Part shown: positions 26,801 to 41,100 of the stretch, piece after piece
How the letters are laid out: each line of letters begins with the position of its first letter
How positions within the stretch are numbered: position 1 is the stretch's first letter
From: Octopus sinensis
Lineage: Eukaryota
Direction of reading: 5' to 3'
Length of the DNA: 64,000 nucleotides
Assembly: GCF_006345805.1 (NCBI RefSeq)
Contig: NC_043018.1
Span: 20,956,001 to 21,020,000 of the forward strand
Made by a program: the position numbers and the translations under genes
Notes under the pieces: generated by a model
The model's input: only the letters and a program-made list of their open reading frames with translations
Databases searched by the model: none
What the model was told of the DNA's origin: nothing

Positions 26801-29181
26801 ATGCAAGTAACTCTCTAAAAATGCTTATGTAGTTATTTCCCTTACAAACCCGAGCAACCCCGGGCGATACTGCTAGTAATGTATATAAACATACAAGGGG
26901 GTGCTAAAAAGTTCCTGGCCTTACGGGTATTGCAAAAGACTTGGTTAGAGGCCCAACCTTCCAAATTCTTTTACAGAGCTTAGAATTTCTAAGCTCTGTA
27001 AGGGCTGCTGCAATAAGTGTATGAACCTGAGAGGGGAATATGTTGAATGAAATCATAATTAACTGATCCTGGTTTTTCTTTTACCAGAAACAAGAATCTT
27101 TTCAGCGCCCCCTTGTATGTACCTTTATGCACCCTTGTATATAACACCAACCATTTTACAGAGTACCCTGGGTGCTTATTACATAGCACTGGCATAGGGG
27201 GTGAGGGGCATGGCCGTAAAGGACATGCCTGTATGTATGTGTGACCATGATTTTACTTAGCTTACATCAATATTCTTTTACTTGTTTTAGTCATTTTGAC
27301 TGGGACCATGCTGGAGCACCGCCTTTTAGTCGAACATATCGACCCCTGGACTTAATCTTTGTAAGCCAGGTACTTATTCTATCGATGTTTTCTGCCGAAC
27401 CACTAAATTACAGGGACGTAAACACACCAACATTGGTTGTCAAGTGATGGGGTGGGAGACAAACACAAACACATACGTATATACATATATATATATACGA
27501 CAGGTTTCTTTCAGTTTCCGTCTACCAAATCCACTCACAAGGCTTTGGTCGGCCCAAGGCTATAGTAGACAACACTTGCAGAAGGTGCTGCACAGTGGGA
27601 CTGAACCTGGAACCATGTGGTGGGATTACTTGCAGCTTTTCTTGAACAGTTTCATTTCATGTCTAATATCTATTTTTTGGGGTTGAATCAAATAAATGGA
27701 GTTTTTGAATCCATTTTCAGGAGATAGCAGCAGGTCCAGACATGAATCTACACAAATATTTTAAAGAAGGCATGACCGTTTCCACTCATGTGTGTGAAAT
27801 TAATCAGAAAAAGCGGCAATTCAGAGTCAGCTTGAAACTCAAGAAAACTGACATTGACTCGGATTTTCAGCTAACCTACTTTCGCAATTACTTTAAGGAA
27901 AAAAATATCATTATAGACCATCTAAAATCTACGAAAGGTAAGTGTGGGTTTGGAGGGTTTTTTTTGTTTGTTTCTCTAGTTTGTATTTTATTATTAATTG
28001 ATTAAGGTGGCGAGCTAGCAGAATCGTTAGCACACCGGGCGAAATGCGTAGCCGTATTTCGTCTGTCGTTACGTTCTGAGTTCAAATTCCGCCGAGGTCG
28101 ACTTTGCCTTTCATCCTTTCGGGGTCGATAAATTAAGTACCAGTTACGTACTGGGGTCGATGTAATCGACTTAATCCGTTTGTCTGTCCTTGTTTGTCCT
28201 TTCTGTGTTTGGCCCCTTGTGGGTAGTAAAGAAATATGTATTTTATTAATTGATTGTGGTCTTCCATAAGAATGTGAATCTGAGAATTATATGACTCCCT
28301 AAGAGGCAATTTGTGACCTCTACTCTCTTTCTCCCTTTCTCCCCATATATATATATATCACCGTGATCACCGTGACCAACCAGGCTATCAGATGTTGCTA
28401 CACATCGCTGGTCACAATGCGTTACGCATTGTTTTAGCCTTTAAATGATGCCACCTCGCTGGCTAAGCGAGCAGGCCAACAGAAGAAAGAGTGAGAGAAA
28501 GTTGTGGTGAAAGAGTACAGCAGGGATCGCCACCATCCCCTGCCGGAGCCTCGTGGAGCTTTAGGTGTTTTCGCTCAATAAACACTCACAACGCCTGTTC
28601 TGGGAATCGAAACTGCGATCCTACGACCGCGAGTCCGCTGCCCTAACCACTGGGCTATTGCGCCTCCACATATATATATATGATGGACTCACATATGAGG
28701 GTTTGACAATTTCTTACCAAACAACCACACAGATGATTTGTTTATAGTGATCAAATGTTTGCGTTGATATAAGCTCACTCCCTCCATCAGATCAATATTA
28801 CCTGTACAGGTGCAACAAGTGCCACATGTCAAATGTCAAAATGATTGCAGAGGAACGTGAAATGAAGTACTTTGCTCAAGAACACAATACAAGGCCTGGT
28901 CTGGGAATCGAACCCACGATCTCGCAATCGTGAGTGCAACGCCTTAACCGCTAACCACTATATATATATATATATACTCTTTTACTTGTTTCAGTCCTTT
29001 GACTGCGGCCATGCTGGAGCACCGCCTTTAGTCAAGCAAATCGACCCTGGGACTTATTCTTTGTAAGCCCAGTACTTATTCTATCGGTCTCTTTTGCCGA
29101 ATCACTAAGTGACGGCGACGTAAACACACCAGCATCGGTTGTCAAGCATGCTAGGGGGACAAACACAGACACACAAACATG

Positions 29182-29231
<50 letters not shown>

Positions 29232-32200
29232 TATATACGACGGGCTTTCTTCAGTTTCCATCTACCAAATCCACTCACAAGGCTTTGGTCGGCCCGAGGC
29301 TATTGTAGAAGACACTTGCCCAAGATGCTACGCAGTGGGACTGAACCCGGAACCATGTGGTTGGTAAGCAAGCTACTTACCACACAGCCACTCATCGGAG
29401 ATGCTTTACCCCATGCAGAAAGTATAGGAGCTCTTTAGGGGTTGTGCAAACTCTTCTCAATTCATTGTAATGCTGGAAACCCTTCTGTATTGTCGGCAGA
29501 TATTGCAGGGTCACAAGCATTTCATCCCTTAACCTGTATGCTTTGTCTGAGTGGGGCATTGAGGACCGAACTAGCATTCAGCTATGGTGGGATTCCATTT
29601 GTGGTCTCTTGTCAACCATTGCCACCTTGAGCTTGTTTCAGCTGCCATGCCCATCTCTTTGATGGCATTCTTCAGTTATTTTGGGTTCCAGACCTATCTT
29701 CTTCAGGAAACCTCATATCTTCTGCCCACTAAACCTCATTTCTGACTTATGTTAAATTTCATGTGATTAAATAGATGGTACATGTCATATATTAGATCTG
29801 CCTAACCTGTGTCGGCACGTAAAAGCAGATATCAAATTGATAGGCGCGGGCATGGCTGTGTGGTTAGGGAGCTTGCTTCCTAGCTACATGGTTTCAGGTT
29901 CAGTCCCACTGCGTGGCACTTTGGGTAGGTGTCTTCTGCTATAGCCCCGAGCCGACTGGAGCTTTGTGATTGAATTCGGTAGGCGGAAGTTACTGCCGTG
30001 TGTGTATGTGTGCGTGTAGATGCTTGTGCCTCTCCGAAAGAGAGAGAGAGATGATGGTGCTAATAACATTTAATTTCTTTATTCCTACCTAGATTTTCCT
30101 TGGTTGTTTGAAGATTTACACACAGGAGACTTGTGTAATGTAACTGTTACCAAAGTGGTTAAAGAAGGTGTGCACTGTACACTGGAATCAGGCACTAAAG
30201 GTTTCATTGCCACACACCACAGAAAGGGTAAGTTTAAGCCATATTTTTTACAGGAGTATTACTGGTATTTTTTGTTTCGTAAGTGTTTGACTACAATGGT
30301 ATTTGAGCTTTTACTTTTTACATCAGATCAGGATTTCAGTGACGAATGACCGAGACCTTTGCCAATATGCCATGCTTGAGTAGAAGACCCATCAGGCCAA
30401 GTGAAATTATAGTCGTGGCACATACTGGTGTCATGCAACTGGCACCTGTGACGGTGGCATGTAAAAGCACCCATTACACTGTCAGTGTGGTTGGCATTAG
30501 GAGGGGCATCCAGCTGTATAAACATTGCCAGATCAGACAAGTCAGGTGCAGTCCCTCATCCTACCAGCTCTTGTTAAACCATCTAACCCATGGACAACGG
30601 ACATTAGGTGATGATGATCATGATGATATCTATACACAAGTTTGCTTGTCCCTCTAATTATTCAGCCAGTAATTTGTTTGAAAGTCCATTCGTGAAACTG
30701 GCTATCTACTTAGATGTCTATCCATCCAGCCTGTCTACCTATAATTGCTCATCTGCATTATCGTGTGTCCATTTTAAGTTTGTCATCATGAAAATCAAAA
30801 TCTAAATTGATCAGCATCAATGGAAATTGCAGCTGTGATACCAGTGCCGGTGGTACGTAAGAGAATCCATCCGAACGTGGCCATTGCCAGCGCTGCCTCG
30901 ACTGGCCTCATGCCGGTGGCACATAAAAAGCACCATCCGATTGTGGCCGTTGCCAGCTTTGCCTGGCCCCTGTGCCGGTAGCACGTAAAAAGCACCATCC
31001 GATCGTGGCCGTTTGCCAGCCTCATCTGGCACCTGTGCCGGTGGCATGTAAAAAGCACCCACTACACTCACGGAGTGGTTGGCGTTAGGAAGGGCATCCA
31101 GCCGTAGAAACACTGCCAGATCAGATTGGGCCTGGTGCAGCCTCCTGGCTTCCCAGACCCCAGTTGAACCGTCCAACCCATGCTAGCATGGAAAGCGGAC
31201 GCTAAACGAAGATGATGATGTCTCAGATAGATTTCTTTCTCATCAAGAAACATTAATTATTCAGCTGATTACAAATGCCAAGTGTTTTCTCTATGAAGAA
31301 TATACCTCTCAACATAATCTAGTAAATTAGCAACCTCAGGAAATGAGCTTTAGTTTTACAGAAACAGTTACACAACCTTCTACTCGGCAGGCAAAAATGA
31401 GTTGTACCTGTAACTCAAGAGGCCAGCCTCGTCACATTCTGTGTCACGCTGATACTCCCTGAGGACTAGATTAACCCTTTCATTACTGTATTTATTTTGA
31501 GATGCTCTGTGTTTCTTTCAATCATTTTAAATATAACAAAGGATTTTGTAAAATAACTTAGTCATCATTAAGCTAGTGTTTGGAACATAAATTGTGACTA
31601 AGGTTTGGTGGTATATTTTAATGCAAAACTTATGAAAGCAGGACATATTACCACAGAGCCAGAGCCAGTTTTGGCCGGGTTAGTAACAAAAGGGTTAAGG
31701 ATACACGTGTCTGTGGACTGCTCAACCACTTGCACATTAACCCTTTCATTACTGAATTTATTTTGTGATGCTCTGTGTTTCTTTCAATTATTTTAAATAT
31801 AACAAAGAATTTAATAAAATAACTTTGTTATCATTCAGCTAGCGTTAGGAACATAAATTGCAAATAAGGTTTGGAAGATTTTAATTAAAAACTTATGGAA
31901 ACAAGACATGTATATTAAAGAGCCAGAGCCAGTTTCAACCGGGTTGGTAACGAAAGGGTCAATCTCATGAGCAGGCTGTTCTGTTGATGGGATCAGCTGG
32001 AATTTTCCTTGTAACCAACGATGTACGTTCTTTACGAAATAGTCTCTCCTTATGGTTTTTGTTTTCTTGTAGGTCTCACTGTTAAAAAAAGCATGACAGT
32101 CCCAGCTGTTATTCTGGATCTGGATCTCTTGCAAGGAATTATCCAGCTGATTGCATCACCTGTAGTTGTCAAACAGGTGATGAAAATGCAGAAAAAACCA

Positions 32201-32267
32201 GAAAAGGTGCAGTAAATGACTTTCTTTTTATATATGTGTTTTTTCTTTATTGTTCTCAGTATTTTTG

Positions 32268-32302
<35 letters not shown>

Positions 32303-35300
32303 GGTGGTGAGCTGGCAGAATTGTTAGCATGGCAGGCAAAATACTTAGCAGCATTTCATCTGTCTTTATATTCTGGGTTCAAGTTCCGCGGAGGTCGACT
32401 TAATCTTTCATCGTTCCGGCATCGATAAAATACCTAATTCTCTTTTACCCACAAGGGGCTAAACACCGAGGGGACAAACAAGGACAGACATAGGTATTAA
32501 GTCGATTACATCAACCCCAGTGCGTAACTGGTACTTAATTTATCGACCCCGAAAGGATGAAAGGCAAAGTCGACCTCGGCGGAATTTGAACTCACAACGT
32601 AACACAGACGAAATAACGCTAAGCATTTCGCCCGGCGTGCTAACGTTTCTGCCAGCTCGCCGCCTTAAAATACCAGTTGAATACTGGGTTCAATGTAATC
32701 AACTTACCCCCTCCCCCAAAATTTCAGGCCTTGTGCCATTTGTAGAAAGGATTATTATTGTTAAGGCGGCAGACTGGCAGAATCTTTAGCAGGCTGGGCA
32801 AAATGCTGCTAAGCATTTTGTCTGTGTTTCTACTTTCTGAGTTCAAATACTGCCGAGGTCGACTTTGCCTTTCATCTTTTCAGAGTCAATAAATTAAGTA
32901 CCAGTAAAACACTGGGGTCAATATAATCAATGAGTCCCCCCACAAGAAAAACAAAATTCAGGCCTTGTGACTTTAGTAGAACAGGTGGTGGTGGTTGCTG
33001 ATGATGATGATGTTGTTGTTGCTGTTGTTGTTGTTCACATTGCAACCACATGGTTTCAGGTTCAGTCCCACAGTGTGACACTTTGGGCAAATATCTTCTA
33101 GTACAGCCCCAGGCTGACTAATTCACTTGACACAAACCACGTGCAAGCCCCATCATGTATGTGTGTCTGTGTATATATATATATGTGTGTATTTGTGTTT
33201 GTGCCTTCTCTACCACTTGACAACCAGTGTTGGTTTGTTCACATCCCTTTAACTTAGTGATTTGGCAAAAAGAGACTGATAGAACACAAGACTTAAAAAT
33301 GATAAGTAATTGAGTTGATTTGTTTGACTAAACACTTGAAGGGTGGTGCTCCAGCATGGGCGTAGTCAAATAACTGAAACAAGTGAAAGATAAAAGATAG
33401 AAAGATATGGGAGTGTTTGTGTCTCTCTGTCTCAACATCACATTCCAATATTCAATTCCGTTATTCTACAAAACCAGGTAATGTGGTGGAGGTCTTAAAA
33501 CTAATTCTTTTAATTTAGTTTCGAACATTAATATTTGAAATTTGTTTATTTTTAGATTCCAAAGAATAAAAGACTCAAGTCACATGTGCTGCTGGTCCGA
33601 AAGGAGTTTGTTATCGTTTTGTTAAAGATGAAAGGAAAGGCAAAATTAGCTTACCTGTCTCCTAAAATGGTAATATATATATATATTTATTTAATTTTCA
33701 TTCAAATTAATGTTTATTTTATCATTTACAAAAAAAAAAAAGAGGCAGTTATAACTGTCTTCGATTATTGTAATTTTAGTATATCATTACTATACAACTA
33801 ATAAGCTGACTTACCAACTGTGACAAGAGTCCTTGGACATGTTCACTTTGGAGGTTAAAATTTTATGCTTCTTTGAAATAAATGTCTCTTCTCCTGAAAA
33901 AATCCCAAAACTTCTGGAATGTACCTTGTATATATCATCATCATCGTTTAACGTCCATTTTCCATGCTAGCATGGGTTGGACGGTTCAACTGAGGTCTGG
34001 GAAGCCAGAAGGCTGCACCAGGCCCAGTCTGATCTGGCAGTGTTTCTACGGCTGGATGCCCTTCCTAACGCCAACCACTCCGTGAGTGTAGTGGGTGCTT
34101 TTTACGTGCCAGGCGAGGCTGGCAGACAGCCACGATCTGATGGTGCTTTTTACGTGCCACCAGCACGGGGACCAGACGAAGCTGGCAACGGCCACGGTTG
34201 GATGGTGCTTTTTACGTGCTACTGGCACGGATGCCAGTCGGGCGGCACTGGCTACGGCCACGTTCGGATGGTTCTCTTACGTGCCACCGGCACTGGTATC
34301 ACAGCTACAAATTTACAAAAAAGAAAGAAGAAGAAATAATTGGTAAAAACTGAATAATTTAGGCACTTAGTCCATTCTGCAAGATGATTGATGTTAGAAA
34401 GGGCATCCAACTGTAAAAACCATGTCCGAAACAGACACAGTAGCCAGGTGTAATCTTCTACTGGCCAGCTCCTGTCAAACTGTCCAATCCCATGCCAGCA
34501 TAGAAGGCAGACTTTAAATGATGGTATCGGTGGCGGAAGCATAGTTAACCCTTTTGCTGCCAATTTTCTGAGATCATTCCTGCTTCTGTGATACATTTGC
34601 CATGTTTGAAAGTGATCTAAATTAAAACCAGCCATCAAAATGTTAATTTATGTTCCAAACTAGCATTTAAACTGGACATATCCAGTCAAAATATTCTACT
34701 GGTTTTATGTTTAGACTGGCCAGATCAGGTATCTCACACTTACCATACAATATTATTCTCAAAATATACAATCATGTCTTTGAAATCTGAGTGGCTGTGT
34801 GGTAAGTAGCTTGCTTACTAACTATATGGTTCCGGGTTCAGTCCCACTGTGTGGCATCTTGGGCAAGTGTCTTCTGCTATAGCCCCGGGCCGACCAATGC
34901 CTTGTGAGTGGATTTGGTAGACGGCAAGTGAAAGAAGCCTGTCATATATATGTATTTGTGTGTCTGTGTTTGTCCCCCTAGCATTGCTTGACAACCGATG
35001 CTGGTGTGTTTATGTCCCCGTCACTTAGCGGTTCGGCAAAAGAGACCAATAGAATAAGTACTGGGTTTACAAAAGAATAAGTCCCGGGGTCGATTTGCTC
35101 GACTAAAGGCAGTGCTCCAGCATGGCCGCAGTCAAATGACTGAAACAAGTAAAAGAGTTATAAAGTAATGCATGACTAATTCAAAACAATGTGAATAAAT
35201 AAGTAATCTGAATGCTAAAGGGTTAAGACGGACAAACCCATATCAATTAATTCTTTCTTATTTCCAAAATTAATTCAAACAAAGGCAGTGGATTTCAACT

Positions 35301-38134
35301 GAAATATGGTAAGAAAAGGGGTTAAGAAGTTCACTTCATAATCACATGATTTCAAGTCCAGTCCTATCATGCAGCAAGTAAATGTCTTCTACTAGAACTC
35401 TGGGCTGACCAATGTCATGTGAGAAAATTTGGTAGACAGAAACTGTGAGGAATCCTGCTGTGCATTCTGGAAGTTTTGAGACTTTTTTTTTTTAGGAGAG
35501 GCAGTTATAACTGTCTTCGATTATTGTAATTTTAGTATATCATTACTATACAACTAATAAGCTGACTTGCCAACTGTGACAAGAGTCCTTGGACATGTTC
35601 ACTTTGGAGGTTAAAATTTTATGCTTCTTTGAAATAAATGTCTCTTCTCCTGAAAAAATCCCCAAACTTCTGGAATGCACCTTGTATATATCATCATCAT
35701 CATCATTGTTTAACGTCCGTTTTCCATGCTAGCATGGGTTGGACGGTTCAACTGGGGTCTGGGCAGCCAGGAGGCTGTACCAGACTCCAAACTGATCTGG
35801 CAGTGTTTCTACGGCTGGATGCCCTTCCTAACGCCAACCACTCCGTGAGTGTAGTGGATGCTTTTTACGTGCCACCTGCACAGGTGCCAGACGAGGCTGG
35901 CAAACGGCCACGATCGGACGGTGCTTATATATATGTATATAGATATATATGCATGTGTATATGAATATTGATATCTTACAGCTTTGCTCATCATTGCTGC
36001 TGCTGCTGATGATGATGATGATAAGGTATTTACATAGATGCAGGCAAGGCTGTGTGGTTAAGCAGTTTCGGAAATCTACCTGAAGCATGGAAAAGTAAAC
36101 ATTAAAACAATGATGATGATGATGTCAACTGCTGTTTTTATTTATTATTATTATTATTATCATCATCATCAGCATAATAATAATAAAAAGTGGCAAGCTG
36201 GAAGAATCGTTAGCACATTGGGCAAACGCTTAACAGTATTTCGTCCATCTTTATGTTCTGGGGCACTGGACTGGGGTCAGTGTAATCAACACATCCTCTC
36301 CCCCTCCAAAATTGCAGCTCTTATGGCAAAATTTCAACCATTATTTATATATAGGCGCAAGAGTGGCTGTGTGGTAAGTAGCTTGCTAACCAACCACATG
36401 GTTCCGGGTTCAGTCCCACTGCGTGGCATCTTGGGCAAGTGTCTTCTGCTATAGCCCTGGGCCGACCAATGCCTTGTGAGTGGATTTGGTAGACGGAAAC
36501 TGAAAGAAGCCTGTCGTATATATGTATGTGTTTGTCCCCCTAGCATTGCTTGACAACCGATGCTGGTGTGTTTACGTCCCTGTCACTTAGCGGTTCGGCA
36601 AAAGAGACCGATAGAATAAATACTGGGCTTACAAAGAATAAGTCCCGGGGTCGATTTGCTCGACTAAAGGCGGTGCTCCAGCATGGCCACAGTCAAATGA
36701 CTGAAACAAGTAAAAGAGTATTATTAATGCAGCAAGCTGGCAGAATTGTTAGCACGCCAGGTGAAATGCTTAGCAGCATTTTATCCATCTTCACATTTTG
36801 GGTTCTAATTCTGCCAGGGACAACTCTGCCTTCCATCCTTTCAGGGTCGATAATGTAATCAACTAGTCCCCTCTCTTAAAATTTCAGGCCTTGTGCCTTT
36901 AGTAGAAAGGATCATCATCATCAGCATTTAACGTCCGTTCTCCATGCTAGCATGGATTGGATGGCTCGACCGGGGAGCTGGGAAGCCAGGAGGCTGCACC
37001 AGGCTTCAGTCTGATCTGGCAGTGTTTCTACAGCTGGATGCCCTTCCTAACGCCAACCACTCCGTGAGTGTAGTGGGTGCTTTTTACGTGCCACCTGCAC
37101 AGGTGCCAGGCGAGGCTGGCAATGGCCACGATCGGATTGGTGCATTTTACGTGCCACTGGCATGGAAGCCAGTCGAGGCTCATTATCATAATAATAATAA
37201 TAAATTAAAAAAATTTTTTTTTAAGGCCGCAAGCTGGCAGAATCATTAGTGTACAGTGCAAAATGATCAGCAACATTTCATCAGTCTTTTATGTTCTGAG
37301 TTCAAATTCCACTGGGGTCAATAAAGTAAGCACCAGTTGGTACTTACTTTATCGAAAGGCGGCGAGCTGGCAGAAACGTTAGCACGCCGGGCGAAATGCT
37401 TAGCGGTATTTCGTCTGCCGTTACGTTCTGAGTTCAAATTCCGCCGAGGTCGACTTTGCCTTACATCCTTTCGGGGTCGATAAATTAAGTACCAGTTATG
37501 CACTGGGGGTCGATGTAATCGACTTAATACCTATGTCTGTCCTTGTTTGTTCCCTCTATGTTTAGCCCCTTGTGGGTAATAAAGAAATAGGTACTTACTT
37601 TATCGACTTACTAATCAAGTTACCCCCACCTGCAAAACTGCTACCTTTGTGCTAAAATTTGAAACCATTATTATTGTTGTTGTTATTATTATTATTAACA
37701 TACGTGTTGGCTCGATTAAATATACACTTTTCCCAACAAATATCTCACCTTGCTTGTTATTTCCATTGCAGCACATGAACGATGTCTTCAATTGGGATTA
37801 TTACAAAGTTGGTGACACACTGTTTGTCCAGTATGTTCGGTAAGTCAGAACTACTTTCTCTTCTCTTGTTTGGGTAATGATGGCTCATTAATATATTGCT
37901 TTATGTTACAGAGATCAAATACCTCAGCCAAATAGCCACAATGTTGAAACATACGTGGGGAATAGAATATATAGAGCTGTGTTTGCCATAATTTCTCCTA
38001 CATTTGCTCTGTATATCATAACTAGTAATACTTAAGTAGTAATAACTTAACCACTATACTGGAAGCAGATAGGATGGGGATAATCTGTAACCTCAACAGT
38101 AGCAGTCCTACATCTAACTTTTCACACACAATAT

Positions 38135-38175
<41 letters not shown>

Positions 38176-41100
38176 CATCATCATCAAACATTCATTGTCC
38201 ATGCTAGCATAGGTTGGACAGTTTGTCATTTTTTTTTTCTTTTTCTGACTAAGTATATCTAGGACTACATTATCCAATATGTTTTTATTAAAAGATAAAA
38301 TGACGTATTCAATGTTCAATTCATTCATTTATTTTTTTTTGTTTTTTTGTTTTCTATTCTTTCTGTTATTTTAGACGTATCAATTGTAAAAATATTGTCA
38401 AACTGTATGAGCCAGTCACACAAATCGCACGGCTTACAAAAAGGTTACAGGAAACTACTAGGTTAGTACCTTCTTTGTCCATTTGATATAGTTTTGACAT
38501 ATACGAGGGTGTAATAAAAAGTTCCTGGCTTTGGGTATAGAAAATACTGGAGAATCAGTTAATGATGATTTTATTCAACACATTCCCCTCTCAGATTTAC
38601 ACACTTATTGCAGCAGCCCTTCAGTTTTTCTAAGACTCAGAAGGCTGGGCCTTAAACCAGGCCTTTCGTGACACCCTTAAAGCCAGGAACTTTCCAGCAA
38701 CCCCACGTGTGTGTGTGTGTGTATATCATATATATTTCTTTACTGCCCACAAGGGGCTAAACATATAGGGTACAAACAATAACAGACAAAGGGATTAAGT
38801 CGATTATATCAACCCCAGTGGGAAACTGGTACTTATTTATCGACCCTGAAAGGATGAAAGGCAAAGTCGACCTCGGCGGAATTTGAACTCAGAACATAAC
38901 GACAGACGAAATACCTATTTCTTTATTACCCACAAGGGGCTAAACACAGAGGGGACAAACAAGGACAGACATAGGTATTAAGTTGATTACATCGACCCCC
39001 CCCCCCCCCCCCCAGTGCATAACTGGTACTTAATTTATCGACCCCGAAAGGATGAAAGGCAAAGTTGACCTCGGCGGAATTTGAACTCAGAAGGTAACGA
39101 CAGATGAAATACCGCAAAGCACTTCGCCCGGCGCGCTAACGTTTCTGCCGCCTATATATATCGCCGTATATATATCATATAGATAAATGTATGTATTTTG
39201 TATACTCTGGAGAATTTCATTAATATGGATGGAAAGAATATACACATCGACCTTTGAATTTGTCTTCTCTCTTTAATTTTATATTCCTGAAGCTCCATCA
39301 GAGCTTTAATTGGTTGAGCTGTATAAAGTGGATATCTATATCACTTATTTTTTTCACATTCATTGAAATTTTGAAGCTATGATTAATTCAAAACTATGTG
39401 AATAAACAGACACAGGCATGGCTGTGTGGTAAGAAGCTTGCTTCTCAACCACATGGTTCCAGGTTCATTCCCATTGTGTGGCATCTTGGTCAAATGTCTT
39501 CTAGTATAGCCTCGGGTCAACCAAAAGCCTTGTGAGTGGATTTGGTAGACGGAAACTGAGAGAAGCCCATTGTGTGTGTATGTATGTGCGTGTGTGTATA
39601 TTTATGTGTGTGTCTGTGTTTGTCCCACTGCCGTTGCTTGACAACCAATGCTGGTTTGTTTTTGTCCCCGTAACTTAGTGGTTTGGCAAAAGAGACCAAT
39701 AGAATAAGTACTAGGCTTACAAAGACTAAGTCCTGACTAAGTTCTTCGACTAAACCCCTTTAAGGCAGTGCTCCAGCATGGCCGCAGTCAAATGACTGAA
39801 ACGAGTAAAAGAATAAATAAATAAGGATTGTATTTGAAAGAGTAATCTGAATGCTAAAGGGTTAAACCAGCTCCCTTTTTTAAACCATCAAAATTTCATG
39901 TTTAATTTATGTTCCAAAGACCAGCCTAAATGATGACAAAATTATTTTACAGAATTTTTCATTATTTTCAAAATCCATTAGAAAAAAAAAAGTGTTTCAA
40001 CAGAAATATGATAGCGACCAGATTCAGCCCAAATATTCTGTTTTATGTTTAAAACCAGCCAGATCTGGCCTCTCACACCTCCCCTACAATGTCATTCTAA
40101 AAGTTAGCAATGATGCTGTTAGCATCTCAAAGTTACGAGATAATGCATGATTAATTCAAAGCAATGTGAATAACTAAGCGTTACATTTAACCTTTTCATT
40201 ACCAACCCGGCCAAAACCGCCTCTGGATCTGTAGTACAAATGTCTTGTTTTCATAAGTTTTGAATTAAAATTTTCCACCTATCCTTAGTCACAATTTATG
40301 TTCCTAACACTAGCTTAATGGTAACTAAGTTATTTTACTAAATGCTTTGTTATATTTAAAATTAATTGAAAGAAACACAGAGCATTTCAACAGCAACATG
40401 GTTACAAAAGGGTTAAAATATACAATAGAGAAACAATTCTTAACCCTTTCGTTACCAACCCGGCCAAAACTGCTTCTGGCTCTGTAGTACAAATGTCTTG
40501 TTTTCTTAAGTTTTGAATTAAAATTTTCCACCTATCCTTAGTCACAATTTATGTTCCTAACACTAGCTTAATGGTAACTAAGTTATTTTACTAAATGCTT
40601 TGTTATATTTAAAATAACTGAAAGAGACACAGAGCATCTCAAAAGAAATACGGTAATGAAAGGGTTAAACAGAGTAACCTGAATGCTAAAAGGTTGAGGG
40701 TACATATGTCTGTGGAATACTCAGCCAGTAACATGTTAATTTCACTGTATTGATCAGACTATTGGATGTTGTTATACATACCTAGTAGCAATGCACTTCC
40801 TTTTATTGTTGCAGTTTTTGAATGGTGTCACCCTTCTGGCTGGAGTGGGGGGAAGGTCAATATCCCCCAGCCCCGAACAGAATGCTGGTCTCTTGCAGGG
40901 TTCCCATTTACAGCTGAGTGGACAGGATAAAGGATAAAATGCCTTCCCTTGTCATAGTCACAGGGCCGGTTTCTGCCATCATCATCATCATTATGTAACA
41001 TCTGTTTTCCATGCTGGCATGGGTTGGACGGTTTGACTGAAAAAATAAGGCGGCGAGCTGGCAGAAACGTTAGCACGCCGGGGCGAAATGCTTAGCGGTA

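Noticed and set aside
37912-37970. Possible extra exon after gttacag ([14 protein letters not shown]...)
   Set aside because: No convincing phase-2 donor; exons 22 and 23 already join in frame.
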